Part shown: positions 10,811-20,976 of the stretch, piece by piece | Position numbering within the stretch: the stretch's first letter is position 1 | How the letters are laid out: each line of letters begins with the position of its first letter | Assembly (NCBI GenBank): GCA_963743915.1 | Contig: CAVURN010000002.1 | Span: 32,001-96,000 of the forward strand | From: an uncultured Actinomycetota bacterium | GTDB taxonomy: Bacteria; Actinomycetota; Actinomycetes; JAHEKZ01 | Length of the DNA: 64,000 nucleotides | Direction: 5' to 3' | Made by a program: the position numbers and the translations under genes | The notes under the pieces: generated by a model | Told to the model about the DNA's origin: nothing | Seen by the model: the letters and a program-made list of their open reading frames with translations, nothing else | The model's database searches: none

Positions 10811-11824
10811 GTGTCCTTCGTCCGGCTCGTCGACCGCGTCCCCGAGGTCACCTCGTCCGAGCTGGTCGCGACGCTTGTCCCGCCGCCGCTGTTCGCCGAG
10901 GTCTCCTTCGCGAGCTACCTGCCGGATCCGACGCAGCCGACGCAGACCGCCGCAGTGGCTGCTCTCCGGGCTTTCGCGGCGCGGATGTCGAGGGACCCCG
11001 AGCCACCCCGTTGGTGGCGGCGCGCACCGGCGCCGCCGGAGGGACGCAGCGGGATCTACCTCGACGGCGGGTTCGGGGTGGGCAAGACCCACCTGCTGGC
11101 CTCGCTGTGGCACGAGGCTCCCGGGCCGAAGGTGTTCGGCACCTTCGTCGAGCTGACCAACCTGGTGGGGGCGCTCGGGTTCGCGGACGCGGTCGACGTG
11201 CTGACGCAGCAACGCTTGGTCTGCATCGACGAGTTCGAGCTGGACGACCCCGGCGACACGATGGTGATGTCGACGTTGCTCCAGCGCCTCACCGACCGCG
11301 GCGTGATGCTCGCGGCCACCTCGAACACGTTGCCGGACCGGCTCGGTGAGGAGCGCTTCGCGGCGGCCGACTTCCTGCGGGAGATCCAGGCGCTGGCGGC
11401 GCACTTCGACGTGGTGCGCATCGACGGCGACGACTATCGGCACCGCGGAGCGCCAGAGGCTCCCGCGCCCGCCACGGGCGTCCAGCTGGAGCACGCCGCG
11501 GCCGCGGCGGAGATGGCTGCGGTCGACGACTTCGACGACCTGCTCGAGCACCTGGCGTCGCTGCACCCGAGTCGCTACGGAGCCCTGGTCGACGGCGTGG
11601 ACACCGTCGTCTGGCGCGGGGTGCGTCCCCTGCACGACCAGGCGGTGGCCCTGCGCTTCGTCGTGCTCGTGGACCGGCTCTACGACCGGAATGTCGCGGT
11701 GGTGGCAGGCGGCGCCCCGCTCGACACGGTGTTCAGCCCCGAGATGCTGTCCGGGGGCTATCGCAAGAAGTACTTCCGCGCGCTGTCGCGCCTCGTCGCG
11801 CTGGCTGAACGCTGGCCGGGGTGA
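10811..11824 (+). CDS. zapE: Cell division ATPase ZapE (AFG1 family)
   Basis: GIYLDGGFGVGKTHLL (Walker A), CIDEFELDD, ATSN, RFVVLVDRLYD, RALSRL. Confidence 0.9.
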   Translation: MSFVRLVDRVPEVTSSELVATLVPPPLFAEVSFASYLPDPTQPTQTAAVAALRAFAARMSRDPEPPRWWRRAPAPPEGRSGIYLDGGFGVGKTHLLASLWHEAPGPKVFGTFVELTNLVGALGFADAVDVLTQQRLVCIDEFELDDPGDTMVMSTLLQRLTDRGVMLAATSNTLPDRLGEERFAAADFLREIQALAAHFDVVRIDGDDYRHRGAPEAPAPATGVQLEHAAAAAEMAAVDDFDDLLEHLASLHPSRYGALVDGVDTVVWRGVRPLHDQAVALRFVVLVDRLYDRNVAVVAGGAPLDTVFSPEMLSGGYRKKYFRALSRLVALAERWPG

Positions 11825-12479
11825 GCGACGCAGCCTCCGGCCCCAATCGGGCCCAAAGCGCGTCGGTGAACACCTCCGAGGTGCTGAGCGTGCCGCTGCT
11901 GGGCAGCCCGGCCGCGGCGGCCGCATCTTCGACGCGGTCGGCGAGCACCCCCGGCGCGACCATGAGCGGCACCACGACGCTGTCGCGCGGGGCACGACCG
12001 ACCGACCCGGGGGAGTGCACCACCGTGACCGGTCCAGGCCTATGACCTGCCCAGCATCCGGCGAAGTCCTCGAACGGGGTCCGAGCCCCGGTGCGGGACG
12101 ACCCAGCGGTGACCAGGAGCACCCGGCTCGCCGGTGTGCCCCCGGCTGCCGCGACCAGGTCGTCGAGGACGCCCCCGAGCCACGGTCCGACCCCCAGGAA
12201 CCCGCGGGGGTCGAGTCGGACGTGGGTGGGCGCCTGAGCCAGCAGCCGGGGCAGGTCGACCCGTGCATGCAGGCCGGGCGAGAGGAAGAGCCCCAGGACG
12301 GGGACGGTGCTTGCTGGTGACGATCGGGCGAGCCACTGGTGCAGTGAGGGCTGGTCGTGCTCGAGGTATGCCACCTCGGTGGGGGCTCCCCGGTCGGTCA
12401 GCTGCGCGCTGAGGCTGCACATGGCGCGGGCGTGCCGGGGGTCGGGGGAGCCGTGGGCGACGAGCAGATGTCGCCTCAT
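11733..12479 (-). CDS. Sirohydrochlorin chelatase (CbiX/SirB family)
   Basis: VAHGSPDP, AYLE, LFLSPGLH..VDLP; follows cysG. Confidence 0.8.
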   Translation of the reverse strand: MRRHLLVAHGSPDPRHARAMCSLSAQLTDRGAPTEVAYLEHDQPSLHQWLARSSPASTVPVLGLFLSPGLHARVDLPRLLAQAPTHVRLDPRGFLGVGPWLGGVLDDLVAAAGGTPASRVLLVTAGSSRTGARTPFEDFAGCWAGHRPGPVTVVHSPGSVGRAPRDSVVVPLMVAPGVLADRVEDAAAAAGLPSSGTLSTSEVFTDALWARLGPEAASLTPASVQPARRGATARGSTSCDSPRTASRG

Positions 12480-12488
12480 GGCGACCGG

Positions 12489-13673
12489 TCAGGGGATCGC
12501 ATGCGCAACCACGTCACCGACGACGATGACGGCGGGACTGGCGACCTGCCGAGCGGCTGCCAGCTCGGCGATCGTGCCCAGTGTGCCGACCGTCGTGCGC
12601 TGCTGCGGGGTGGTGCCACGCTCGACGACTGCTGCCGGCTCGTGCGGCGGCCGGCCGTTCGCCACCAGCTGGGCGGCGATCTCGGGCAGTCGGCCGACCC
12701 CCATCAGGAAGAGCAGGGTGCCGTCGAGGGCGGCGAGGGCGGCGAAGTCGAGCGGGCCCTCGTGTCCCGAGACCACCGTGAAGCGGCTCGTCACGCCGCG
12801 GGCGGTCACCGGGATGCCGGCGGCCGCCGGCACGGCCAGGGCGCTCGTGACCCCGGGGACCACCTCGAGGTCGACGCCGGCCTCCCGGCACGCCTTCGCC
12901 TCCTCACTGCCGCGGCCCAGCACGTAAGGATCCCCACCCTTGAGGCGCACGACGCGCTTGCCGGCGGCTGCCCGTTCGACGAGGAGGCGGTTGATCTCGT
13001 CCTGGCTCAGCGTGTGCGCGCTCGGCGCCTTGCCCGCGTCCACCACCTCGACGTCGTCGTCGAGCTCGTCCACCAGCGCACGCGGGGCGAGCCGGTCCAC
13101 GACGACCACGTCGGCCTGGGCGAGCAGCCGGCGACCGCGTGTCGTGATGAGAGCCGGGTCGCCGGGACCGCCCCCCACGAGGGCGACGTGTCCGCGTCCC
13201 GCCCTTCGGCGACGCAGCGGCAGGCTGCCGGTGTCCAGAGCCACTGCGACGGCGTCGCGGAGCCGAGCGGCCCGACGTGGGTCACCCGCGGCGTTGACGG
13301 CGACCACGACGTCATCGGTCCTGGCGACAGCGGGCGTCCAGGCACTGGACGCCGCGCGGTCGTCGGCGCGGACGCACCAGAGACGCCGCGACTGGGCGGC
13401 GGCGGCCACCTGGTCGTCCACGTGTGCGTCACCGGTGGCGGTGTGCACGAGCCACACGGCGTCCAGGTCGGCCTCGACGTACTCGCGCAGGTGCAGCGTG
13501 ATGTCGCCGGTCTCGGCCGATTCGTGCACCTCCTCGCACGCGAAGGGCGCCACCACGGTGACGTCAGCTCCGGCGTCCAGAAGGCCGCGCATGCGCCGGG
13601 CCGCGACCGGACCACCACCGACCACGAGCGCACGTCGGCCGGCCATGTCGAGCAGCAGCGGGTACCCGTTCAT
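12489..13673 (-). CDS. cysG: Siroheme synthase / uroporphyrinogen-III C-methyltransferase
   Basis: N-terminal YPLLL..VVGGGPVA dehydrogenase domain; VGGGPGDP, RLKGGDPYVLGRG, VVPGVTSA. Confidence 0.88.
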   Translation of the reverse strand: MNGYPLLLDMAGRRALVVGGGPVAARRMRGLLDAGADVTVVAPFACEEVHESAETGDITLHLREYVEADLDAVWLVHTATGDAHVDDQVAAAAQSRRLWCVRADDRAASSAWTPAVARTDDVVVAVNAAGDPRRAARLRDAVAVALDTGSLPLRRRRAGRGHVALVGGGPGDPALITTRGRRLLAQADVVVVDRLAPRALVDELDDDVEVVDAGKAPSAHTLSQDEINRLLVERAAAGKRVVRLKGGDPYVLGRGSEEAKACREAGVDLEVVPGVTSALAVPAAAGIPVTARGVTSRFTVVSGHEGPLDFAALAALDGTLLFLMGVGRLPEIAAQLVANGRPPHEPAAVVERGTTPQQRTTVGTLGTIAELAAARQVASPAVIVVGDVVAHAIP

Positions 13674-14425
13674 GCGTGGATCCCGCACTCGACCTTGTCG
13701 GCCCCCGACCACCGTCCTGCGCGCTCGCTCTCACCGGTCCGCACCGGTCGGGTGCACGGTGCGCAGCCGATCGAGGCGTAGCCGAGCTGGCGGAGCGGGT
13801 TGACGAGGACGCCGTGGCGCGCTGCGTACGCGTCAACCTCTGCCTGTGTCCAGCGGGCGATCGGGTTCACCTTGACCATGCGGCGTGCACCGTCCCAGTG
13901 GACCACCGGGGTGCCGACGCGTGCAGCGGTCTCGTCGCCGCGGATCCCGGTGACCCACGCCCGGTAGGGAGCGAGGGCTCGCGCGAGCGGCTGCACCTTG
14001 CGCAGCTCGCAGCAGCGGTCGGGGTCGGTGTCCCAGAGCCGGGGGCCGTGGTCGAGCTCCTGCTGCGCGACCGACCGGGTCGGCCGGACGTCGAGCACCT
14101 CGATGTCGAGCGTGGCGGCGAGTGCGTCACGGGTGCCGAGCGTCTCGGGGAAGTGCAGCCCGGTGTCGAGGAAGAGGACGGCCAGGCCGGGGCGGGCCCG
14201 GGACGCGAGATGGGCGACCACGCCGTCGGCCATCGACGAGGCGACGACCAGACGGTCGCCGAAGGTCAGTGCTGCCCAGGTCAGGACGTCGATCGCGCGT
14301 GCCTCGGACAGCAGGGAGCCGGCCTCGTCGGCGAGCAGCTCGAGCTCGGCCGCGCCGAGCCTGCGGGCGTCGGCCACGGCGACGCCATAGCGAGCCCGGA
14401 GAGCCTCGACCGGCACGGGGGTCAT
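13670..14425 (-). CDS. cysH: APS/PAPS reductase (Fe-S type)
   Basis: FLDTGLHFPET, CCELRK, SIGCAPCT, C-terminal ECGIH. Confidence 0.92.
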   Translation of the reverse strand: MTPVPVEALRARYGVAVADARRLGAAELELLADEAGSLLSEARAIDVLTWAALTFGDRLVVASSMADGVVAHLASRARPGLAVLFLDTGLHFPETLGTRDALAATLDIEVLDVRPTRSVAQQELDHGPRLWDTDPDRCCELRKVQPLARALAPYRAWVTGIRGDETAARVGTPVVHWDGARRMVKVNPIARWTQAEVDAYAARHGVLVNPLRQLGYASIGCAPCTRPVRTGESERAGRWSGADKVECGIHA

Positions 14426-14565
14426 GACACCACCCCGAGGAACGTCACGGCGAAGACGCGCAGGCAGCTGCGGCACTGCCAGGCGTCGGACCGAGCCGCG
14501 TCCGGCAGGAGATCCAGGTCACTGCAGTACGGGCAGTGGTGGGGTGCCATCCGCGCGCCGCTCAT
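14422..14565 (-). CDS. 47-aa zinc-ribbon protein between sirA and cysH (not in ORF track)
   Basis: MSGARMAPHHCPYCSDLDLLPDAARSDAWQCRSCLRVFAVTFLGVVS; two CxxC pairs; ATGA overlaps at both ends. Confidence 0.75.
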   Translation of the reverse strand: MSGARMAPHHCPYCSDLDLLPDAARSDAWQCRSCLRVFAVTFLGVVS

Positions 14566-16274
14566 GACAGGTCGCTCTCGTCGGCGCGGCGGGCCCAGCT
14601 CGCGAAGGACTCTCCGGCGTCCCGCTGCTCGGTGTAGCGGCGGGCCACACGCTCGACGAACAGCGGCAGCTCCCTGCTGGTCACCTTCAGCCCGCGGGGC
14701 TTGCGTCCGAACGCTGCGTCGGGTCCGAGCGCGCCACCGAGGTGGACCTGGAAGCCCTCGACCGGATTCCCCTCGGCGTCACGGACGATCGACCCCTTGA
14801 GCCCGACGTCGGCGACCTGGATGCGGGCGCAGGAGTTGGGGCAGCCGTTGACGTGGATGGACAGCGGTGCGTCGAATCCGGGGAGCCGGGTCTCCAGCTC
14901 GTCGACGAGGTGGGCCGCGCTGGCCTTGGTCTCGACGATGGCGAGCTTGCAGAACTCGATCCCGGTGCACGCCATCGTGCCGCGCCGGAACTCGCTCGGA
15001 CCCGGGTCGAGCCCGAGAGCCGCCAGCCCTCGACACAGCGCGGTGACGTGGCCCTCGTCGACGTCGAGCACCAGCAACTTCTGCTGAGCGGTGAGTCGCA
15101 GCCGGTCGCTGCCGGCAGCCTCGACGAGGTCGGCGACCGCCGTCAGCGTCTTGCCGCTCACCCGTCCCACGGTCGGGGCCACGCCCACGTAGTAGCGACC
15201 GTCCCGCTGCAGGTGGACGCCGACGTGGTCGCGCCGCAGCGGGGGCGACTCGGGCGCGGGGCCATCGGTGAGCCGACGGTGCAGGTACTCGGTCTCGAGT
15301 ATCTCGCGGACCCGCGCGACGCCCCAGTCGGCCACCAGGAACTTCAGGCGGGCGCGGTGCCGGAGTCGCCGGTACCCGTAGTCGCGGAACAGCTGCACGA
15401 TGCCGTGCCAGACGGACGGAACCTCGTCCAGGGTGACGAAGGCCCCGAGGCGTTGCGCGTACATCGGGTTGGTGGACAGGCCGCCCCCGACGAACACGTC
15501 GAAGCCCGGGCCGAGCTCGGGATGGCGCACACCGACGAAGGACAGGTCGTTGACCTCGTGGGCGACGTCGTGCTGCGGGGAGCCCGACACCGCCGACTTG
15601 AACTTCCGAGGGAGGTTGGACAACGAGGGGTCGGTGACGAACCGTCGGACGATCTCGTCGATCGCCGGTGTGGCGTCGATGATCTCGTCGGCCGCGACAC
15701 CGGCGACGGGGGAGCCCAGGACCACCCTCGGGGTGTCGCCGCACGCCTCGGCGGTCGTGAGCCCCACCGCCTCCAGCTCACGCCAGATCTGAGGGACGTC
15801 CTCGATCCGCACCCAGTGCAGCTGGATGTTCTGACGGTCGGTGATGTCGGCACTGTCGCGGGCGTAGGTGGTGGAGATGTGGGCGACCGTGCGCAGCTGC
15901 GCGAGGTCGAGGCGTCCTCCGTCACTGCGGATGCGGAGCATGAAGTACTCGTCGGACAGCTCATGTGGCTCGAGCGTGGCGGTTCGCCCGCCCTCGATGC
16001 CGGGTCGGCGCTGGGTGTAGAGCCCCCACCACCGGAAGCGCCCGTTCAGGTCCGCCGGATCGATCGAGGCGAAGCCCGCTCTGCTGTAGATCTCCTCGAT
16101 CCTGGTCCGGACGTTGAGGCCGTCGTCGTCGGCCTTCGTGCGCTCGTTGGCGTTGAGCGGCTCGCGAAAGCCCAGGGCCCACTGGCCCTCGCCTCTCTGT
16201 GGGGCAACGCGGGTGGTGGGCGTGTCAGTGGACGTGACGGTGCTGCGCGCGGCTTGTGCTGCGTCGGTGCTCAT
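14562..16274 (-). CDS. sirA: Ferredoxin-dependent sulfite reductase
   Basis: RWWGLYTQ, TDRQNIQLH, LPRKFK, CTGIEFC and GCPNSC siroheme/Fe-S ligands. Confidence 0.92.
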   Translation of the reverse strand: MSTDAAQAARSTVTSTDTPTTRVAPQRGEGQWALGFREPLNANERTKADDDGLNVRTRIEEIYSRAGFASIDPADLNGRFRWWGLYTQRRPGIEGGRTATLEPHELSDEYFMLRIRSDGGRLDLAQLRTVAHISTTYARDSADITDRQNIQLHWVRIEDVPQIWRELEAVGLTTAEACGDTPRVVLGSPVAGVAADEIIDATPAIDEIVRRFVTDPSLSNLPRKFKSAVSGSPQHDVAHEVNDLSFVGVRHPELGPGFDVFVGGGLSTNPMYAQRLGAFVTLDEVPSVWHGIVQLFRDYGYRRLRHRARLKFLVADWGVARVREILETEYLHRRLTDGPAPESPPLRRDHVGVHLQRDGRYYVGVAPTVGRVSGKTLTAVADLVEAAGSDRLRLTAQQKLLVLDVDEGHVTALCRGLAALGLDPGPSEFRRGTMACTGIEFCKLAIVETKASAAHLVDELETRLPGFDAPLSIHVNGCPNSCARIQVADVGLKGSIVRDAEGNPVEGFQVHLGGALGPDAAFGRKPRGLKVTSRELPLFVERVARRYTEQRDAGESFASWARRADESDLS

Positions 16275-16368
16275 GGTGGTCCTCGGAGGCGAGGGGTGCC
16301 GCGACGGGCGTCACACCGGTCAGGGGGTGCGGCGCTCGCGACTCCCCGGACTGGACGTGGGGGTGGGG

Positions 16369-16458
16369 TCAGCGCGAGCACATGCGACAGCGGCTGCCGG
16401 CGACGCGCATCAGATCGACGTGGCGACGGGCCACGAGCGCGAGTGAGGGTGCCGACAT
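16369..16458 (-). CDS. Cys-containing leader peptide, 29 aa
   Basis: MSAPSLALVARRHVDLMRVAGSRCRMCSR; RRHVDL motif with 3' Cys codons; CATAGT 7 nt before the ATG suggests a leaderless mRNA. Confidence 0.75.
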   Translation of the reverse strand: MSAPSLALVARRHVDLMRVAGSRCRMCSR

Positions 16459-16630
16459 GCGGACGACTATGGCACGCCCGTCTCACATGTTGCAGCGACG
16501 TCTCATCATTCGGAATGAGCGTGTCGCGCAGCGCCCTCTGGTCACCCCGCAAGGGGGATGTCTTCTCGGGCGAGCACCGCGATCATGGAGGCCGGCGGAC
16601 GACCGGACGCCACAGCTGAAGGGGGAGGGC

Positions 16631-17980
16631 ATGAGCGCAGGGGTGGGGCGCCGCAGCGCCGACTCGGAGGTGCTGGGCCGGCGTGCCCGTGAGGCCTTGC
16701 CGCGTCGTCGGCTCGCCGAGCACGTGGTCGCGCCGGAGCGCCCGAGCCCGGTGGAGCTCCTGCACTCCAGCGATGCGGGACGAGAGGTCGACCTGTTGCC
16801 TCTGAAGTACGAGCGCATGTCGGTCTCCGCGTTCGCGTTCTACCGCGGGTTCGCCGCCATGCATGCCTACGACCTGGGCCAGGGCCCCAGGTCCGGGGTC
16901 CAGGCCCAGCTGTGCGGGGACATGCACCTGTCCAACTTCGGGGTGTACGCCTCGCCGGAGCGCAGGCTGCTGTTCGACGTCAACGACTTCGACGAGACGC
17001 ACCCCGGTCCGTTCGAGTGGGACGTCAAGCGCCTCGTCACCTCGTTCGCGGTGCTCGGGCGCACGCGAGGCTTCTCCGCTGCGACCACCGGGGGCGCGGT
17101 GCTCGCTGCGGCAAACGCCTACCGCACGCGGATGCAGCTGCTGGCCTCGATGAACCACCTGTCGGTCTGGTACGACCGGATCGACGAGGACCTACTGCGC
17201 GAGATGGCGGCTTCGATGGCCGGCAACCGTGGTCGCAAGAACGTCGAAGCCAACCTGGCCAAGGCGCGCGGCAAGACGCACGCGCGGGCCGCCGCCAAAC
17301 TGACCGAGATCGTCGACGGACGTCGTCGCTTCCGGTCCGATCCACCGCTGCTCGTCCCGGTCGAGGGCACGGCCGCCGAGGTTGCAGCGCTCCAAGAGGT
17401 CGTGCAGAAGTATCGAAGCAGCCTCAGTGCCGATCGCGGGCAGCTGCTCCAGCGGTACCGCGTCGTCGACATCGCGCGGAAGGTCGTGGGCGTCGGCAGT
17501 GTCGGTACCCGGTGCTGGGTGCTGCTGCTCGAGGGTCGCGACCCGGAGGACCTGCTGGTGCTGCAGGCCAAGGAGACCGGCCCTTCGGTCCTCGAGCCGT
17601 ACACGCAGCGCAGCCCGTTCCGCCACAACGGACGGCGGGTGGTCGAGGGCCAGCGGCTCATGCAGGCGGCGAGCGACATCTTCCTCGGGTGGGCCAACGG
17701 GCTCGACACGACGCGTCAGTTCTACGTGCGGCAGCTGCACGACATGAAAGGCGGTGTCGACACCGAGCAGATCATGCCGACCGGGCTGATGCCCTACGCC
17801 TCGTTGTGCGGGATGGCGCTGGCGCACGCGCACGCGCGCGGCGGGGACGCGACAGCGATCGCGACCTATCTCGGCAGCAGTGACCGTGCGGACCGGTCCT
17901 TCGCCGAGTACGCGGAGGCGTACGCCGACCAGAACGAGCTCGACTTCGCCGCGTTCATGGCGAGTCGGAACGCCTCGTAA
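16631..17980 (+). CDS. DUF2252 family kinase-like protein
   Basis: AFAFYRG, CGDMHLSNFG, FDVNDFDE, GPFEWDVKRL, KVVGVGSVG, FYVRQL. Confidence 0.85.
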   Translation: MSAGVGRRSADSEVLGRRAREALPRRRLAEHVVAPERPSPVELLHSSDAGREVDLLPLKYERMSVSAFAFYRGFAAMHAYDLGQGPRSGVQAQLCGDMHLSNFGVYASPERRLLFDVNDFDETHPGPFEWDVKRLVTSFAVLGRTRGFSAATTGGAVLAAANAYRTRMQLLASMNHLSVWYDRIDEDLLREMAASMAGNRGRKNVEANLAKARGKTHARAAAKLTEIVDGRRRFRSDPPLLVPVEGTAAEVAALQEVVQKYRSSLSADRGQLLQRYRVVDIARKVVGVGSVGTRCWVLLLEGRDPEDLLVLQAKETGPSVLEPYTQRSPFRHNGRRVVEGQRLMQAASDIFLGWANGLDTTRQFYVRQLHDMKGGVDTEQIMPTGLMPYASLCGMALAHAHARGGDATAIATYLGSSDRADRSFAEYAEAYADQNELDFAAFMASRNAS

Positions 17981-20444
17981 GCCGTGACCCCAGCCGCCAA
18001 CGACACGACCAGCGCCAGCAGGGGCCAGCGCTCCAGCGGCGGGTAGACCAGCCAGTGCGTCAGGTACACCGCGAGCGACGCGGAGGCCAGGCGGGTCAGC
18101 ACCGGCACGCTGACCCGTGGGACGTGCAGCGCCGAGACCCAGGTCAGCAGGACGAGCCCGGCGATCACGACGACCTCGCGCGCGGCGTCCTGCCAGAAGC
18201 CGGTCACTGACACCACGATCACTGCCGTCACGAGCCACCGCTGCGGGTTGCTGCCGGCTCGGGAGGCCCACCACCCGAGGGCGAAGAACCAGAAGTAGTA
18301 CAGGGCAGGCGCCGGCGTCGGACGAGGATCGGCGAGCCCCGGAACGAGGTCGAACCTGACGAGAAGGGCGACGGCGACGACGACGCCGCCGACGAGGAAG
18401 GGCCATCGGCGCTCCGCGCGCTCGAACGCGGGAACCGCGAACAGGGCCGCAGTGACGAGCAGGTACAGCACGACGGCCTCGATGAACCAGAAGTGCCAGG
18501 TCGGGCCCCACTCGTCCGGCCCCAGCACGGTGCCGAGCAGCGCGACGTTCTGCCATCCGTAGGCCCCGGTGACCAGGGCGGCCACCGCGATCCAGATCGC
18601 GCTGGGGACGGCGATCCTCGCCGCGCCGCGCAGGACGCGCGACGTCCGACGTCCGAGCGGGGTCGAGGAGGAACCGGGCCATCGCGAAGCCCGCGAGCCC
18701 GAGCAGCACGTGAGCGCCCCCCAGCAGGTCGAACACACCGATGTGCGTGCCGACGATGGCCACGATGGCGACTGCCCGCAGGAGCACACCGGTCTCGAGC
18801 TGAGCGGTCCACCGCCGCCGCGGGCTGTGCCCGCTCGGCGAGCGTCGACGGAGCCAAGGTGTGCCAGTCATCGGGCAGTGCTCCGAGCAGCGCCTCGAGG
18901 CGCACGGACACCTCGACGTAGGACAGGGAGTCGCCGCCGAGCTGCACGAAGGAGCTGTCGAGACCGGCATCCGGACGTCCCAGCAGCTGGGCATAGAGGG
19001 CCCGGATGTCGTCAGCCGAGGCGAGAGCGGGCCGGCCGGTGTCTGCGGCTTCGCCCGCAGACTGGTCGCAGCCGCTGCAGGCCGTCGCGCGGTCGAGCTT
19101 GCCACTGGCAAGTCGGGGCAGGGCTGCGACGACGCGGGCGCGAATGACGTGCAGCGGAAGTGCTGACGCCCGGGCCGTCAGGTCCGCGAGGTGGTCAGGG
19201 TCCATGCGACCCTCGGCCACCACGCACAGGCCCCGCTCGGTGCCGGAGACACAGCAGGCCACACCTTGCTCGGCGAGCTGCCGCTCGACCTGGTCCAGGT
19301 CGATCCGGAGGCCGAAAACCTTGGTGATGCGCGACCGCCGGCCGACGACCGTGAGGGAGCCGTCGGGGTCCTGACGCGCGAGGTCACCGGTGCAGAGGGC
19401 GTCCACACTGCGCCCTCGCGCGAGGTCGGCAGGGGAGGTGGCGTAGCCCAGCATCACGTTGGGCCCTCGATAGACCATCTCGCCGACCCCCTGCTCGTCG
19501 ACGGACTCGAGGCTGATCTCGCCACCGGGGACCGGTCGACCGATCGACTCCGGACGGGTCAGTGCCTGGTCCGGGTCGAGCGTGGTGATCCGTGCCGTGG
19601 CCTCGGTCTGCCCGTACATGACGTGCAGCGCGAAACCTCGGGTGCGGCCCAGCTGAGCGAATCGGCGGACCTGGTCAGGCGCGAGGCGTCCCCCTGCCGC
19701 GGTCACGTGGCGCAGCGCCGGCAGCCGCATGCGCGAGAACCCGACGCGGTCCAGCATCTCGAAGGTGTACGGAACCCCGGCGAGCGTGGTGACCGCGTGC
19801 GCGGCCATGGCGTCCCAGAACGGGGCATCGACCACGGACCGCTCGGTGAGCAGCACCGATGCTCCGGCGAGAAGGTGGCTGTGCAGGACCGACAACCCGT
19901 AGGAGTAGGACAGCGGCAGCGACGTCACGGCCCGGTCGGTTGCGCTGATGCCCAGAGCATCGGCTATCTGCTCGGCGTTGGCCTGCACGTTGTCTGACGC
20001 CAACCGCACCAGCTTCGGGGAGCCGGTCGATCCCGAAGTGGTCATCAGGACAGCCAGATCTGGGTGGAGGGCGTGGGCACTCCGCGAGCGTCGCTGCACG
20101 ACGGTCCAGGAGCCATTGCGCCGCAGGGCCACGACGTCGGGGTCGTAGTGGTCCAGCAGAGCGCGTGACTGCTCGGAGTCCGTAGGTGCCAGCAGGACGA
20201 CGTGACCTGCCGCCAGGGCCGCCAGGTACGTGACGACGCCGTCGATGCTTCGCTCCAAGGCGATCTGGACCAGTCGGCGCCGGCCGGCCCCCAGGCGCAC
20301 GGCGTCGGCGTCGACCCGGGCGGCGAGCTCGGCGTAGGTGAGGGTCTCCCCGGTGGATGCCTCGATGAGGGCGGTGCTCTCCCCGTGCCGCGCCAGGTCG
20401 GCGACGAACGACAGGCGGGTCGGAGCCACCGTCGGAGCAGACAT
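17866..20444 (-). CDS. AMP-binding + carrier (PP-binding) + membrane acyltransferase-3 protein (frameshifts near 18800 and 18660)
   Basis: TTSGSTGSPK, YGQTEA, TGDL, GGDSLS; C-terminal TM domain AIVAIVGTH, WHFWFIE, ASLAVYLTHW spread over different frames. Confidence 0.75.
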
Positions 20445-20467
20445 GCGAGCGAGCCTAGCGGAGAAAG

Positions 20468-20486
20468 TTAGGTATGCCTAACCTCA
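20468..20486. promoter_or_regulatory. IdeR/DtxR/DmdR iron box
   Basis: TTAGGTATGCCTAACCTCA matches 17/19 of TWAGGTWAGSCTWACCTWA, 23 bp upstream of the ATG at 20444. Confidence 0.8.
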
Positions 20487-20576
20487 CTTCGAAGCGGCTT
20501 GCCCCTCGTGGGTGACGCACGTAGCGTCCCGCCAGGGACGACGGGAAACCGAGACGAGCACGTTGAGGGAGCACCC

Positions 20577-20942
20577 ATGGCAGACGATCCGGTCACGACG
20601 AACCCCGATCTGTACCGGGTGGTGTTCGAGAACGAGCGGGTGCGGGTGCTCGAGTACCAGGACGTTCCGGGGAACCGGACCGAGCGCCACTCCCACCCGG
20701 ACAGCGTGATGCTGACGGTGAGCGACTTCGACCGGCGACTGTACGACGGGGACAGGTCCGTGGACGTCTCCAAGCGCGCTCACGAGGTCAACTGGCTGCC
20801 GGCTCAAGCCCATGCCGGTGAGAACATCGGCGACCGCCCGACCCACGCCTTCTTCATCGAGCTCAAGGAGCCACGACCGGCGGTCGCCCCGGCAGGTTCC
20901 CCGGGGGACGCGATTGGCTCACCGCTGGGGCCGGCCTCGTAG
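20577..20942 (+). CDS. Small cupin-fold protein
   Basis: DPVTTNPDLYRVVFENERVRVLEY, HSHPD, AQAHAGENIG, FIELK. Confidence 0.75.
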   Translation: MADDPVTTNPDLYRVVFENERVRVLEYQDVPGNRTERHSHPDSVMLTVSDFDRRLYDGDRSVDVSKRAHEVNWLPAQAHAGENIGDRPTHAFFIELKEPRPAVAPAGSPGDAIGSPLGPAS

Positions 20943-20976
20943 GCACCGCCCGGACAGCGGAAGCGAAGCATGCACG

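Noticed and set aside
11733-11824. 92-bp convergent overlap of zapE and cbiX (and 115 bp at 17866-17980)
   Set aside because: Non-conserved tails; common in high-GC genomes or caused by indels.
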